A stretch of 64,000 nucleotides of DNA from the NCBI GenBank assembly GCA_028283825.1, contig JAPWJW010000004.1:2292-66291 (forward strand), written 5' to 3'. Both the position numbers and the translations under genes were made by a program. The DNA comes from Azospirillaceae bacterium (GTDB lineage Bacteria > Pseudomonadota > Alphaproteobacteria > Azospirillales > Azospirillaceae). The notes under the pieces are model-generated. The model worked only from the letters and a program-made list of their open reading frames with translations, was not told the DNA's origin and did no database searches. Shown in pieces: positions 44,144 to 53,565 of the stretch (positions within the stretch are counted from its first letter, which is position 1; the number at the start of each line of letters is the position of its first letter).

Positions 44144-44226
44144 AACGTTCCATCCGGCCGCAGGGGCACGGCGCTATTCGCTTGCCTTAAAAGAGAACGA
44201 CCATTTCCTTATAGAAAGGCCATGCC

Positions 44227-45102
44227 ATGTCCCATCAATCCCTGACCTTGCATCCACCCGGCGGCCCGGCCATCGCCGGTGTGGAGGCCGGGCCCGCTGA
44301 CGGGCCGGCCGTGATCCTGCTGGCCGGCTGGCCACAGACCCTGCATGCCTGGCGCCATATGCTGCCCCGGTTGGCGGCGGCGGGCTGGCGCGTCATCGCC
44401 CTGGACCCGCCGGGACTGGGGGATAGCGATCCCCTGCCGGCAGGGCATGCCTACGACACCGCCACTGTGGCGGATGTTCTGGCGGCGGCTGTGGCCAGCC
44501 TGGGGGTGGAGACGTATGCCGTCGTCGGGCACGATGTTGGCGCCTGGATCGCCTACGCCTGGGCGGTGCGCCATCCCCGGGCCGTCAGCCGGCTGTGCGT
44601 GGCGGAGGGGGCCATCCCCGGCATCATGCCGGACGCCGCCTTCGGCATCGCCAACGCGGCCCGCGTCTTCCAGTTCTATTTCCACGCCGTGGAGGGCTTG
44701 CCCGAGGTTCTGACCGAGGGGCGGGAGCATCTGTATTTCGACTGGTTCTTCAATGCCAAGACGCGCGTTCCGAGCGCCATCAGTCCCGCCGACCGGGCGA
44801 TCTATGCCGCCAGCTACCGCCGGCCGGGCCGCATGTCCGCCGGTTTCGCTTACTACCGGGCGGTCCCCGTCAGTAGTGCGCAGAATCGCGCCGCAACGCT
44901 GCCGCCCATGCCCATCCTGGCCTTGGGCGGGGAGGCATCGGTGGGCGGTAGTCTCCATCGTGGCTTGCTGGCCCAGGATGCCGTCCCCGGGGCGAAGGTG
45001 TCGGGCCATGTCATGCCCGGCGTCGGCCACTTTCTGCCGGAGGAGGATCCGGAGGGCTTCGCGGTGGTGGTGCTACCCTTCCTGGATGGTGCCGAGGGCT
45101 GA
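44227..45102 (+). CDS. Alpha/beta hydrolase (epoxide hydrolase / haloacetate dehalogenase-like)
   Basis: LLAGWPQTLHAWRHMLPRLAAAGWRVIALDPPGLGDSD and nucleophile-elbow context VVGHDVGAWIAY. Confidence 0.7.
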   Translation: MSHQSLTLHPPGGPAIAGVEAGPADGPAVILLAGWPQTLHAWRHMLPRLAAAGWRVIALDPPGLGDSDPLPAGHAYDTATVADVLAAAVASLGVETYAVVGHDVGAWIAYAWAVRHPRAVSRLCVAEGAIPGIMPDAAFGIANAARVFQFYFHAVEGLPEVLTEGREHLYFDWFFNAKTRVPSAISPADRAIYAASYRRPGRMSAGFAYYRAVPVSSAQNRAATLPPMPILALGGEASVGGSLHRGLLAQDAVPGAKVSGHVMPGVGHFLPEEDPEGFAVVVLPFLDGAEG

Positions 45103-45106
45103 TGCC

Positions 45107-46280
45107 TCAGACGGCGATGGCCGCCAGCGGGATGTCCATGGTCAGCACCAGGCCCGGCACCTGCCAATCATAGGCGTAGCGGCCCCGGAACTGCCCGGTA
45201 ATGGAACTGTCCAGCAGCCGGGTGCCGAAACCGCTGCGGGTGGGCGGGCTCTCGACCGGGGCGCCGCCGCGCTCCCGCCAGCGGAGATGCAACTGGCCGT
45301 CCCCGGTTTGCCAGTCGATGGTGACCTGGCCGCCGTCGGATGCCAGCGCGCCATACTTCACGGCGTTGGTGGCCAGTTCGTTGACCACCAGGGCCAGGGG
45401 GCTGATGGCGGCCGGCTGGCACAGCAGGGCGGGGCCATCCAGGATGAAACGCGTCGCCATCGCCGGCGACTCATGCGCACGGATGATCTGGGTGATCACG
45501 TCGGCGATATCGCGGGCGGTGGCGGCGCCATCGCGGGAGCCGACGACCGGCATGATCAGTTCGTGCGCGCCGGCCAGAGTCAACAGGCGGCCGGACAGGG
45601 TCGCGGCCATGTCCTCCTTGTCGCGGGCGTGCCTCGCGCCGAAATGGATCATCGCTCCCGCCAGGGCGAACAGGTTCTTCACCCGGTGATTCATTTCATG
45701 CGTCAGGGTCTCCTGCCGCTCCAGCGCCTGGCGCAGGCGGTCCTCCGTACGTTGGACCTTGAGCGCGATGCCGACGAAGGTGGCGAGTTCGGTGGCGACG
45801 CGGGCGTGCCCGCTGTCGAAATGGCCTTCCTCCTCCGCCACGATCCACAGTGTGCCCAGCGGCTCATCCCCATCGAGGTAGAGCGGCACCAGCAAGACCT
45901 CCGGCACGGTGATGCCGGCGTCGGCGATCCAGTCGAACATGGTTTCGGCATGGCGGGTCAGCACCGGCCCACCCTGATCCAGGGTGACGCCGCAGGGGCT
46001 GTAGTTCCGCGGCGTGGTGGCGCCATCGAAGGCGGCCAGCCGGCCGCAGACATTATGCCAGCGGAAGACGCCCGGCACCGGCGCCGGTTCATACAGGCTG
46101 AGGCCGGCGGCGGATCCGCCGGTCAGTTCCATCGCCAGCGCCACGAACTTGGGCAGGACCGCCGCCGGATGCTTCGCCATCTGGACGGACAGGTCCTGAA
46201 GCGCCAGCTTTTACTTTCAGGTAATCGGTGTCCTTGGGCGGGCGCCCGGCCAATTCGTGCGTGATGAAGACTTCGTCCAT
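45107..46280 (-). pseudogene. GAF-HWE/HisKA_2 sensor histidine kinase with 5' frame break (ORF 45107-46180 intact)
   Basis: HEMNHRVKNLFA H-box and NELATNAVKYGAL N-box. The family-typical N-terminus MDEVFITHELAGRPPKDTDYLK (ATG 46280) is in another frame. A TAA created near 46211-46213 separates it. Span is 3n+1. Confidence 0.6.
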
Positions 46281-46448
46281 TGTCGGCGTCTGCAACAGGG
46301 GTCGCAATCGCACATCCTTTCCAAACGAAGTTTCAGGCCACCTCAAGAAGGTCGATTATAAAGGGCGGCAACTGGCCTGACCATATGTCGGAAGACCGGG
46401 AACGCTGGTGGATCTGTGCGCAAGTGCAACCGGCGCCGGCCGTTCCCA

Positions 46449-47540
46449 TCACGGCCGGGTCCGCAGCCGCGCGCCCGTTGCCGGATCGAACAGCAGCAGG
46501 TCTTCCGGCCGGAAGGTCAAGCCCACCCCCTCGCCAGCCGACAGCGGATGGCGGTCGGTGGTGAACAGTTTCAGCGGCTGGCCCGCGCCATCCGCGCCCA
46601 GATTCAAATGCACCACCTGGCCCAGGCCGGTGGGCTCCACCAGGTCGATGCGGGCGGGGATTCCCTCCGCAGGATTGGCCAGGTGCAGCCGTTCGGGGCG
46701 CAGGCCGACGGTCACGGCCGCCGCACCGTCCGGGGCCGGCACGCGGGCCAGGACGATGCCGCCCACCGCCACCGCGGCCGCGCGGCCATCGGGATCGGGC
46801 GTCAGCGTCCCGTCCAGGAAGTTCATAGGCGGCGATCCGATGAAACCCGCCACAAACAGGTTGGCGGGATCGTCGTATAATTCCGCCGGTGCCCCGATCT
46901 GCTGCGCCACGCCGCCGTTCATGGCGACGATGCGGTCGGCCATGGTCATGGCCTCGATCTGGTCGTGGGTCACATAGATGCTGGTGGCGCCCAAATCGCG
47001 ATGCAGGCGGCGGATCTCATAGCGCATCTGTTCGCGCAGGCGGGCGTCCAGGTTGGACAGCGGCTCATCGAACAGGAAGGCCTTGGGCTCACGCACGATG
47101 GCCCGGCCCATGGCCACGCGCTGGCGCTGCCCGCCCGACAGGGCCTTGGGCTTGCGTTCCAGCAGGTCGGTCAGGCCCAGCTTGGCGGCGGCCCCCTCCA
47201 CCGCCGCCTTGATGCGGTCGGCCGGCAGGCGCCGCTGTTTCAGCGCGAAGCTCATGTTCTCCCGCACCGTCATGTGGGGGTAGAGGGCGTAGGACTGAAA
47301 CACCATGGCCAGATCCCGGTCCTTGGGCGCCACCTCGTTGACCCGGCGGCCGTCGATGCGGATTTCGCCGCCCGTGATGTCCTCCAGCCCCGCGATCAGG
47401 CGCAGCAGGGTGGACTTGCCACACCCCGACGGGCCGACCAGCACGATGAATTCCCCGTCATTGATGTCCAGGTCGATGCCGCGCAGCACCGGCACGGCAC
47501 CGTAATCCTTGCGCACGTCGGTCAGGGTGATGGCGGCCAT
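46449..47540 (-). CDS. ABC transporter ATP-binding protein (MalK/UgpC-type)
   Basis: GPSGCGKST Walker [15 protein letters not shown] signature, [11 protein letters not shown] Walker B, C-terminal TOBE-like domain. Confidence 0.85.
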   Translation of the reverse strand: MAAITLTDVRKDYGAVPVLRGIDLDINDGEFIVLVGPSGCGKSTLLRLIAGLEDITGGEIRIDGRRVNEVAPKDRDLAMVFQSYALYPHMTVRENMSFALKQRRLPADRIKAAVEGAAAKLGLTDLLERKPKALSGGQRQRVAMGRAIVREPKAFLFDEPLSNLDARLREQMRYEIRRLHRDLGATSIYVTHDQIEAMTMADRIVAMNGGVAQQIGAPAELYDDPANLFVAGFIGSPPMNFLDGTLTPDPDGRAAAVAVGGIVLARVPAPDGAAAVTVGLRPERLHLANPAEGIPARIDLVEPTGLGQVVHLNLGADGAGQPLKLFTTDRHPLSAGEGVGLTFRPEDLLLFDPATGARLRTRP

Positions 47541-47548
47541 GGGATGGG

Positions 47549-48364
47549 TCAGCCTTTCACGGCGCCGGCCGTCAGGCCCTGCACCAGATAGCGTTGGATC
47601 AGGAAGAAGAACAGGCCGGCCGGCAGCAGGGCCAGCACCCCGGCCGCCATCATCTGTCCGAAATCGACCGAGAATTTGGACACGAAGCCCAGCAGCCCGG
47701 CGGGGAAGGTGCTGACCGCGGCCGATGAATTCAGCATCAGGGTGAACAGTAACTCACTCCACGCCGCGGTGAAGACGAAGCCGCCGGTGGCCGCCAGGCC
47801 CGGCAGGGTCAGGGGCAGGATGATGCGCACCACCGCGCCCAGGCGGGTGGCCCCGTCCATCATCGCCGCCTCCTCCAGGTCTTTCGGCACCGCCTCGAAG
47901 AAGGACTGCATGAGGAAGGCGGCGAAGGGCGTGTTGAAGGCGGTGTAGACCAGCACCAGCCCGGCCAGGCTGTTGGTCAGGCCCAGGGGCGCCAGCAGGC
48001 GGAAGATGGGCGCCACGATGATGACCAGGGGGAACATCTGGGTCACCAGCATCACACCCACCACCCAGGCTTTCCCCCGGAAGCGGAAACGGGAAAAGGC
48101 GTAACCGGTGGCCGAGGCCGCGGCGGTGGCGAGCAGGGCCGTGGCGGCCGACACGATCAGGCTGTTGCGGAAGAACAGCGGGAACTGGGTGCGCCGCAGG
48201 ACGTCGGTGTAATGGACCAGGGTCACACGGCTGGGCCACAGCCGCACGCCCTCGCCATACATCAAATCGTCGGGTGTGACGGACACCTTCAACATCCAGA
48301 ACAGCGGGAACAGGGCGAAGGCCAGGAAGGTGGCCAGTGCCAGATAACGGAACAGTCGGACCAT
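47549..48364 (-). CDS. Carbohydrate ABC transporter permease (MalG-like)
   Basis: [21 protein letters not shown] is the EAA loop. Start trimmed to ATG 48364. Confidence 0.8.
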   Translation of the reverse strand: MVRLFRYLALATFLAFALFPLFWMLKVSVTPDDLMYGEGVRLWPSRVTLVHYTDVLRRTQFPLFFRNSLIVSAATALLATAAASATGYAFSRFRFRGKAWVVGVMLVTQMFPLVIIVAPIFRLLAPLGLTNSLAGLVLVYTAFNTPFAAFLMQSFFEAVPKDLEEAAMMDGATRLGAVVRIILPLTLPGLAATGGFVFTAAWSELLFTLMLNSSAAVSTFPAGLLGFVSKFSVDFGQMMAAGVLALLPAGLFFFLIQRYLVQGLTAGAVKG

Positions 48365-48366
48365 CC

Positions 48367-49257
48367 TCACCCCGGTTCTGTCAGCGCGTGGCGCAGCACC
48401 ATCACCGCTGCCGCATAGGCCAGCAGCAGCACCAGCAGCACGGCGGCGACCGCCGAGGCGTAGCCGAAATCCAGGCGCTGGAACGCCAGCGAGAAGATGT
48501 AGCTGGACAGGATTTGCGTCGCATCGGCCGGGCCACCCTTGGTCATCACCACGATCAGTTCGGCGAAATTGGCCACCCACACGGTGCGCAGCATGACGGT
48601 GATGGCGATGGTGGGCGCCAGCAGGGGCAGGGTGATGCGGCGAAAGCGCAGCCAGGGCCCGGCGCCATCGATGCTGGCGGCCTCATAAATGTCCTGCGGG
48701 ATGGATTGCAACGCCGCCAGCAGGGTGATGGCGAAGAAGGGGATGCCCCACCACACATTGGCGACGATGGGGCCCCACAGCGCCAGGTGCGGGTCGGACA
48801 GGATGTTCTCCGGCCGGGCCAGTAATCCCAGACCATGCAGCCAATGGGGCAGGGTGCCGATCACCGGGTTGAACAGCCAAGCCCAGGCCAGGCCGGATAG
48901 AAAGCCCGGCACCGCCCAGGGCAGAAAGGTCAGGGCCTGCACCAGACCCCGCCCGGGGAAGGCTTGGTTCAGCAGCAGCGCCAGGGCGAGGCCCAGGCCG
49001 AATTGCAGGGCCACCGACGTGGCGGTCCAGGTGACCGTGTTGCGGAGTGCGGTCCAGAAGCCGTCGTCGTCCAGCAATTCCCGGAAATGGTCCAGGCCGA
49101 TGAAATCGCCGCTCAGGGGATCCAGCAGGATGATGTCGTGAAAGGCGTAGGACAGGCCCGTCAGCAGCGGCACCAGCATGACCGCGATGATCAGCAGCAG
49201 GGATGGCGCGGTGTAGAGATAGGGCTCAATGGCGAGCGCCAACCTGCGGCGGCTCAT
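48367..49257 (-). CDS. Carbohydrate ABC transporter permease (MalF-like)
   Basis: EAASIDGAGPWLRFRRITLPLL is the EAA loop. Start trimmed to ATG 49257. Confidence 0.8.
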   Translation of the reverse strand: MSRRRLALAIEPYLYTAPSLLLIIAVMLVPLLTGLSYAFHDIILLDPLSGDFIGLDHFRELLDDDGFWTALRNTVTWTATSVALQFGLGLALALLLNQAFPGRGLVQALTFLPWAVPGFLSGLAWAWLFNPVIGTLPHWLHGLGLLARPENILSDPHLALWGPIVANVWWGIPFFAITLLAALQSIPQDIYEAASIDGAGPWLRFRRITLPLLAPTIAITVMLRTVWVANFAELIVVMTKGGPADATQILSSYIFSLAFQRLDFGYASAVAAVLLVLLLAYAAAVMVLRHALTEPG

Positions 49258-50516
49258 TGCACGCCCTCCGCCTGTTTGCGGCGGGATTTGTTCAGGTAGG
49301 CCGCCCACTGCTTGTTCATGGTCAGGGGGGCGATCTGGCCCAGCAGCGCCTGCTGGCTGCTGCGCACCACCAGGCTGTCGGCGAAATAGGCGAAGCCGGG
49401 CAGGCCGGTGGGCATCAGGGTCGGCACCACGTCGGGATCGGCCAGTTCCGCGAACCAGCCCTGATAGATGGTGCCGCTGTACTGCGGATCGTGTGCGGCG
49501 GCGGTATAGACCGGCAGGGCGCCGGTGCGCTTGTTCCAGGCCAGGTTGCCGGCGGGGCCGTTCAGCGCCACCACCAGATCCCAGGCCAGTTCCTTGTGTT
49601 CGGACTTCTTGAAGATGGACCAGCCGGCATAGCCCAGCGTGGGATAGGCCTTGCTGTTGGGGCCCTTGGGCCAGGGCGCCACGCCAAAATCCTCGGGCTT
49701 CATGCGTTGCTTCAAGGCGATCAGGGCATCGGGATCCTGGTCCACCATGGCGCAGGCGCCGGTGTAGAAACCGGCCACCACCTCGTTGAAGCCCCAGTTG
49801 ACGCTGTCGCGCGGCGCCAGGCCATCCTTGTACAGGTCGATCAGCCAGGTGGTGCCGGCGACCCAACCGGGGTCGGTCAGGGTACTGGTGCCGTCCTCAT
49901 GGAAGAAATCGTTGCTGCCGGCGATGCTGGCCCCGAACATGACCCAGCCGTTCAGGCCGCCAGGGCCCCCGCGCAGGCAATAGCCGGACTTGCCTGGCAG
50001 CTGCGCGATGCGGGCGGCGTCGGCCCGCAATTCGTCCAGGGTCCTGGGCGGCTCATTGAGGCCGGCCTGGCGGAACACCGCCTTGTTGTAATACAGCGCC
50101 CGCAGGTAAAAACCGTAGGGCAGCATATAGGGCCGGTCGCCCACTGTGCGCGCCACCGCCAGCGCGCGCTCGTTCAGCCCCTGGGCGTCGGGCCAGCGGG
50201 CCAGGTAGGCCGACAAATCCTCCAACTGGCCGTTGCCGGCGTAGAGGGACAGCCAGCGGTCCGGCATCTCCACCACGTCGGGAATGTCGCCGGCCGCCAC
50301 CATGGTGGCCAGCTTCTCGAACGCCGATCCCCAAGACAGCGATGTCACCTCCACATGCGTGCCCGGGTGTGCGGCCTCATACCCCGCCACCAGTTCCTTT
50401 AGCGTCTCCGTCCGCTCCGGACTGCTCAGCACCTCCACCAGCCGCAGCGTAGTGTCGGCGCGGGCCGGTGTGGATGCCAGCAATGCCAGAATGAGAAGGG
50501 CGGCGCGTTTCGGCAT
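49254..50516 (-). CDS. ABC transporter substrate-binding protein (family 1, sugar-type)
   Basis: Signal peptide MPKRAALLILALLASTPARA. Size and position upstream of the permeases. Confidence 0.75.
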   Translation of the reverse strand: MPKRAALLILALLASTPARADTTLRLVEVLSSPERTETLKELVAGYEAAHPGTHVEVTSLSWGSAFEKLATMVAAGDIPDVVEMPDRWLSLYAGNGQLEDLSAYLARWPDAQGLNERALAVARTVGDRPYMLPYGFYLRALYYNKAVFRQAGLNEPPRTLDELRADAARIAQLPGKSGYCLRGGPGGLNGWVMFGASIAGSNDFFHEDGTSTLTDPGWVAGTTWLIDLYKDGLAPRDSVNWGFNEVVAGFYTGACAMVDQDPDALIALKQRMKPEDFGVAPWPKGPNSKAYPTLGYAGWSIFKKSEHKELAWDLVVALNGPAGNLAWNKRTGALPVYTAAAHDPQYSGTIYQGWFAELADPDVVPTLMPTGLPGFAYFADSLVVRSSQQALLGQIAPLTMNKQWAAYLNKSRRKQAEGVQ

Positions 50517-51721
50517 CAGGTCGCCTTGCCCGCGACGGCGAAGGCCCGCGCCAAGTCGGCCCACAGCGCCTCCGTCCCCTCCAGCCCGACATGCAGGCGT
50601 ACCATGTTGGTCGGCACGCCGAAATCGATGGCGGAGTTGGGGCCGGCCGCCTGCACATGGGTCACCAGCGCCGGCACCACCAGGCTTTCATGCCCGCCCC
50701 AGCTGACGCCCAGCTGGAACAGGGTCAGCGCGTCGCAGAAGGCCGGGATGTCGACGCTGCCGTCCACGGTGAAGGAGAACAGGCCCGACGTGCCGGTCAG
50801 CCCCGGCGGCAGGGCGCCCATCAGGGCCGGGTGGTGGACAGCCGTCACCTGCGGCAGTTCCGCCAGCCGCCGCGCCAGGGTTAGGGCCGACGCCTCATGC
50901 GCCTGCATGCGGACAGGCAGGGTGCGCAGGCCGCGCAGCAGCAGCCAGGCCTCAAATGGCCCCAGCTTGGCGCCGATATAGGGGCAGATGGTACGCCGGA
51001 TCTGGGCCACCAGGTCGCCCCGGCCCGCCACCACGCCCGCCACCGTGTCGCTGTGCCCGCCGATGTATTTGGAGGCGGAGTGCAGCACCAGGTCCACGCC
51101 CAAGGTGGCCGGCCGCTGGAACACCGGTGTCGCCCAGGAATTGTCGATCATGCTGATCGCGCCGTGCTTCCTGGCCAGGGCCGCCAGGGCGGCCACGTCG
51201 TGCGCCTCCATCATCCAGCTGTTGGGGCTTTCCAGGTACAACACGCGGGCGCCAGGCAATGCCGCTTCCACGGCGGCCAAATCGGCGCCGTCCACATACT
51301 CCGTGGTCACACCCCACTTCTTCAGCAGGGTTTCGAACAGGCGGTAGGCGTCGGGGTAGACATGGCGGACGCAGACGATGCGGTCACCCGGTTGCACGAA
51401 GGCCAGGACGGCGCCGGAAATGGCCGCCATGCCGCTGGGGAAACCGATGGCGTCGTCCGCCTCTTCCAACGCCGCCATCTTCTGTTCGAACAGGGCGACG
51501 GTGGGGTTGGTGGTGCGGGAATAGACGTTGCGCGACCGCTTGCCGGCATAGGTGTCCGCCATTTCCTGGAAGCTGGAAAAGGTGAACAGCGAGGTCTGGA
51601 CGATGCCGGGCACCACCGCTTCATAGGCGTGCACGCCTTCGTCATGCGCGACGATGCGGCGGGCGCGCTCAACGGGGTTCTCAGCCGGATCGGGGGAAAG
51701 CGCGTCAGGGAATTCAGTCAT
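50516..51721 (-). CDS. Cys/Met-metabolism PLP-dependent enzyme (cystathionine beta/gamma-lyase or synthase family)
   Basis: SASKYIGGHSDTVAGVV contains the PLP-lysine motif of the trans-sulfuration family. 401 aa. Confidence 0.75.
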   Translation of the reverse strand: MTEFPDALSPDPAENPVERARRIVAHDEGVHAYEAVVPGIVQTSLFTFSSFQEMADTYAGKRSRNVYSRTTNPTVALFEQKMAALEEADDAIGFPSGMAAISGAVLAFVQPGDRIVCVRHVYPDAYRLFETLLKKWGVTTEYVDGADLAAVEAALPGARVLYLESPNSWMMEAHDVAALAALARKHGAISMIDNSWATPVFQRPATLGVDLVLHSASKYIGGHSDTVAGVVAGRGDLVAQIRRTICPYIGAKLGPFEAWLLLRGLRTLPVRMQAHEASALTLARRLAELPQVTAVHHPALMGALPPGLTGTSGLFSFTVDGSVDIPAFCDALTLFQLGVSWGGHESLVVPALVTHVQAAGPNSAIDFGVPTNMVRLHVGLEGTEALWADLARAFAVAGKAT

Positions 51722-52458
51722 CGGGACATGGCCTTAATGTCTTCTTCGACGATGGCGAGGATGGCCAGCGTCTTGTCACGGGCGGCCGCGGCGTCGCCGG
51801 CGCGGATGGCGTCGAACAGCTCGCGGTGCAGGGCGAAGGACCGGCCGGCGAAATCGGGCCGGTCAAACGGCTTCTCGAAGAAATGCTCGAAGGTCTCGCG
51901 GATCTGTTCCAGCAGCTGGCGGAACAGCGGGTTGTGGGTGGCGTCATAGATCGCCAGGTGGAATTCCAGATCCTCCGGCCCGGCCGTGCCCTGCGTCAGG
52001 TGCACCGCCTCCATCGCCACCAGTTTCTCTTCCATGTGACCGATGTCGGCCGGCGTCGCCTTGGCCGCCGCCACCTCACTGGCCGCGACCTCCAGCCCCC
52101 GCCGGATCTCCAGCGTCTGCAATAGCCGGTCGCGCAGTTGCCCCGCCGCGTCGATGGTCAGCGACACATGCACCGCGTCAGCCGACACCGCGCGCAGCAG
52201 ATAGGTACCACTGCCTTGCCGCGTCTCCACCAGCCCCAGGGCCTGGAACTGCCGGATGACCTCCCGCACCGTGGACCGCCCCACCCCCAGCGCCACCATC
52301 AACGCCCGCTCCGTCGGCAACCGGTCGCCGGGATTCAGCGCACCTTGCGCGATGAACGCCGCCAGCGCCTTGGTCACGCCGGCAAGGCGGTCGGCACCGG
52401 ACAATGGCCGCAACGCGGCGCTGGAGAGGGGAAGGGCGGAGGCCGGCTGGGGAACCAC
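51718..52458 (-). CDS. GntR/FadR-family transcriptional regulator
   Basis: LPTERALMVALGVGRSTVREVIRQFQALGLVETRQGSGTYL HTH plus FCD-like C-terminal domain. True start may be downstream of 52458. Confidence 0.75.
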   Translation of the reverse strand: MVPQPASALPLSSAALRPLSGADRLAGVTKALAAFIAQGALNPGDRLPTERALMVALGVGRSTVREVIRQFQALGLVETRQGSGTYLLRAVSADAVHVSLTIDAAGQLRDRLLQTLEIRRGLEVAASEVAAAKATPADIGHMEEKLVAMEAVHLTQGTAGPEDLEFHLAIYDATHNPLFRQLLEQIRETFEHFFEKPFDRPDFAGRSFALHRELFDAIRAGDAAAARDKTLAILAIVEEDIKAMSR

Positions 52459-52570
52459 GGCACCTCGGGGTTAGGGCTCCAGGCTGGGCGCTGTCCCGAC
52501 GCCGCCTGGAAATTGGTCTGATGACTTGATGTTGATTGGCGCCGCGGCCGGTGTCAAGGCGTCGGCTTGA

Positions 52571-53107
52571 TCATTCGCCCATGGATTTCCGCACCGTTTC
52601 GGCGCTGATCAACATCCGGTTGGCTTGGCTTGGAAGATCGACGAAGCCCAATTTTCGGTAGAAGTCGGCGGTTTTCGCATCGATGGCATCCAACACAATG
52701 AACTTGCCGCCGATCTGGTCGATGACCTTCATGCACAGGCCGAGGAAATGGGACATCAGCTTGCGCCCAAGTCCTTTGTTCGCCGCGCTCTTATCCACCC
52801 CGACCACCGCGAGATAGATCGCGCCCACGGTGTCACTCCGGCCCAATTTCTTCTGTATTTCCGGCGGCAGGGCATCGACCGCGATCGCGTGGGGGCGGAG
52901 GGTGTAGAAGCCAATGACCTTGACGGTTCCGGCCATCACCGCGACATAGGTCTTGGACTGGTCGTCCTGATGGTGCCGGCCGGCCGTGCTGATCAGGAAA
53001 TTGTTGACCTTGGTCACGCCTGAATCGAAGGCCGCCCGATCATGCTTGTGGCGATCCAGCGGCTCAATGTTCAGTGTCTTGAGGAAGGCCTTATCAAGAG
53101 CCGGCAA
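52571..53107 (-). CDS. GNAT acetyltransferase toxin (TacT-like)
   Basis: LDRHKHDRAAFDSGVTKVNNFL, IGFYTL, LAVVGVDKSAANKGLGRKLM and DAKTADFYRKLGF match TacT/KacT-type GNAT toxins. Overlaps the DUF1778 gene by 14 nt. Confidence 0.7.
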   Translation of the reverse strand: MPALDKAFLKTLNIEPLDRHKHDRAAFDSGVTKVNNFLISTAGRHHQDDQSKTYVAVMAGTVKVIGFYTLRPHAIAVDALPPEIQKKLGRSDTVGAIYLAVVGVDKSAANKGLGRKLMSHFLGLCMKVIDQIGGKFIVLDAIDAKTADFYRKLGFVDLPSQANRMLISAETVRKSMGE

Positions 53108-53402
53108 CGGCGGTCTCTTCGTCCAAAGCCATCAGGTCGCGCAAGGCCTGGCTGGGTTCGGTATTCTCCAAGGCCCGGACGAAGGCTGCGCAATCCTCAG
53201 GGGTCAATAGTCGCGTGCTCTCGACCTTGCTGAGGGTCTCGCGCGCAGCCCATGCGGCGCTGCTCACCACGAATTCCGATGGGCTGATTCCCAGTTGGGC
53301 GGCCGCATCTTCGATCAGCGATTTGATCTCAGGCAACGTACGCTGCTCCATCCTCGCGGTAGCGCGTGCGGGGGACCGTGGATACGTCTTGAAAGGCAGC
53401 AT
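53094..53402 (-). CDS. DUF1778 (TacA-like) RHH antitoxin
   Basis: RMEQRTLPEIKSLIEDAAAQLGISPSEFVVSSAAWAARETL matches the DUF1778 pattern. Confidence 0.7.
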   Translation of the reverse strand: MLPFKTYPRSPARATARMEQRTLPEIKSLIEDAAAQLGISPSEFVVSSAAWAARETLSKVESTRLLTPEDCAAFVRALENTEPSQALRDLMALDEETAVAGS

Positions 53403-53510
53403 GAAGAATCTCCCACCGCTGTCGCCGATAAACGAGCGAGCGTCAGATAGGAAATTATGTACGGTAGTCGCCGGACATGTTCAATGGTGTGAAATGAGTT
53501 TCGGTCATCC

Positions 53511-53555
53511 CGAAACCAAAAGGGGAGGTCGGCCCCGTCCGAGGCCGGCCCTCCC
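53511..53555 (-). terminator. Rho-independent terminator of the TonB-dependent receptor gene
   Basis: Minus strand: GGGAGGGCCGGCC...GGCCGACCTCCCC followed by UUUUGGUUUCGG. Confidence 0.6.
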
Positions 53556-53565
53556 ACTCGCATCC

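Noticed and set aside
43782-44190. Alternative-frame ORFs (43782-44129, 43804-44190) over the TetR C-terminal fragment
   Set aside because: Only the 43820 frame continues the TetR sequence and rejoins in frame with the N-terminal half.
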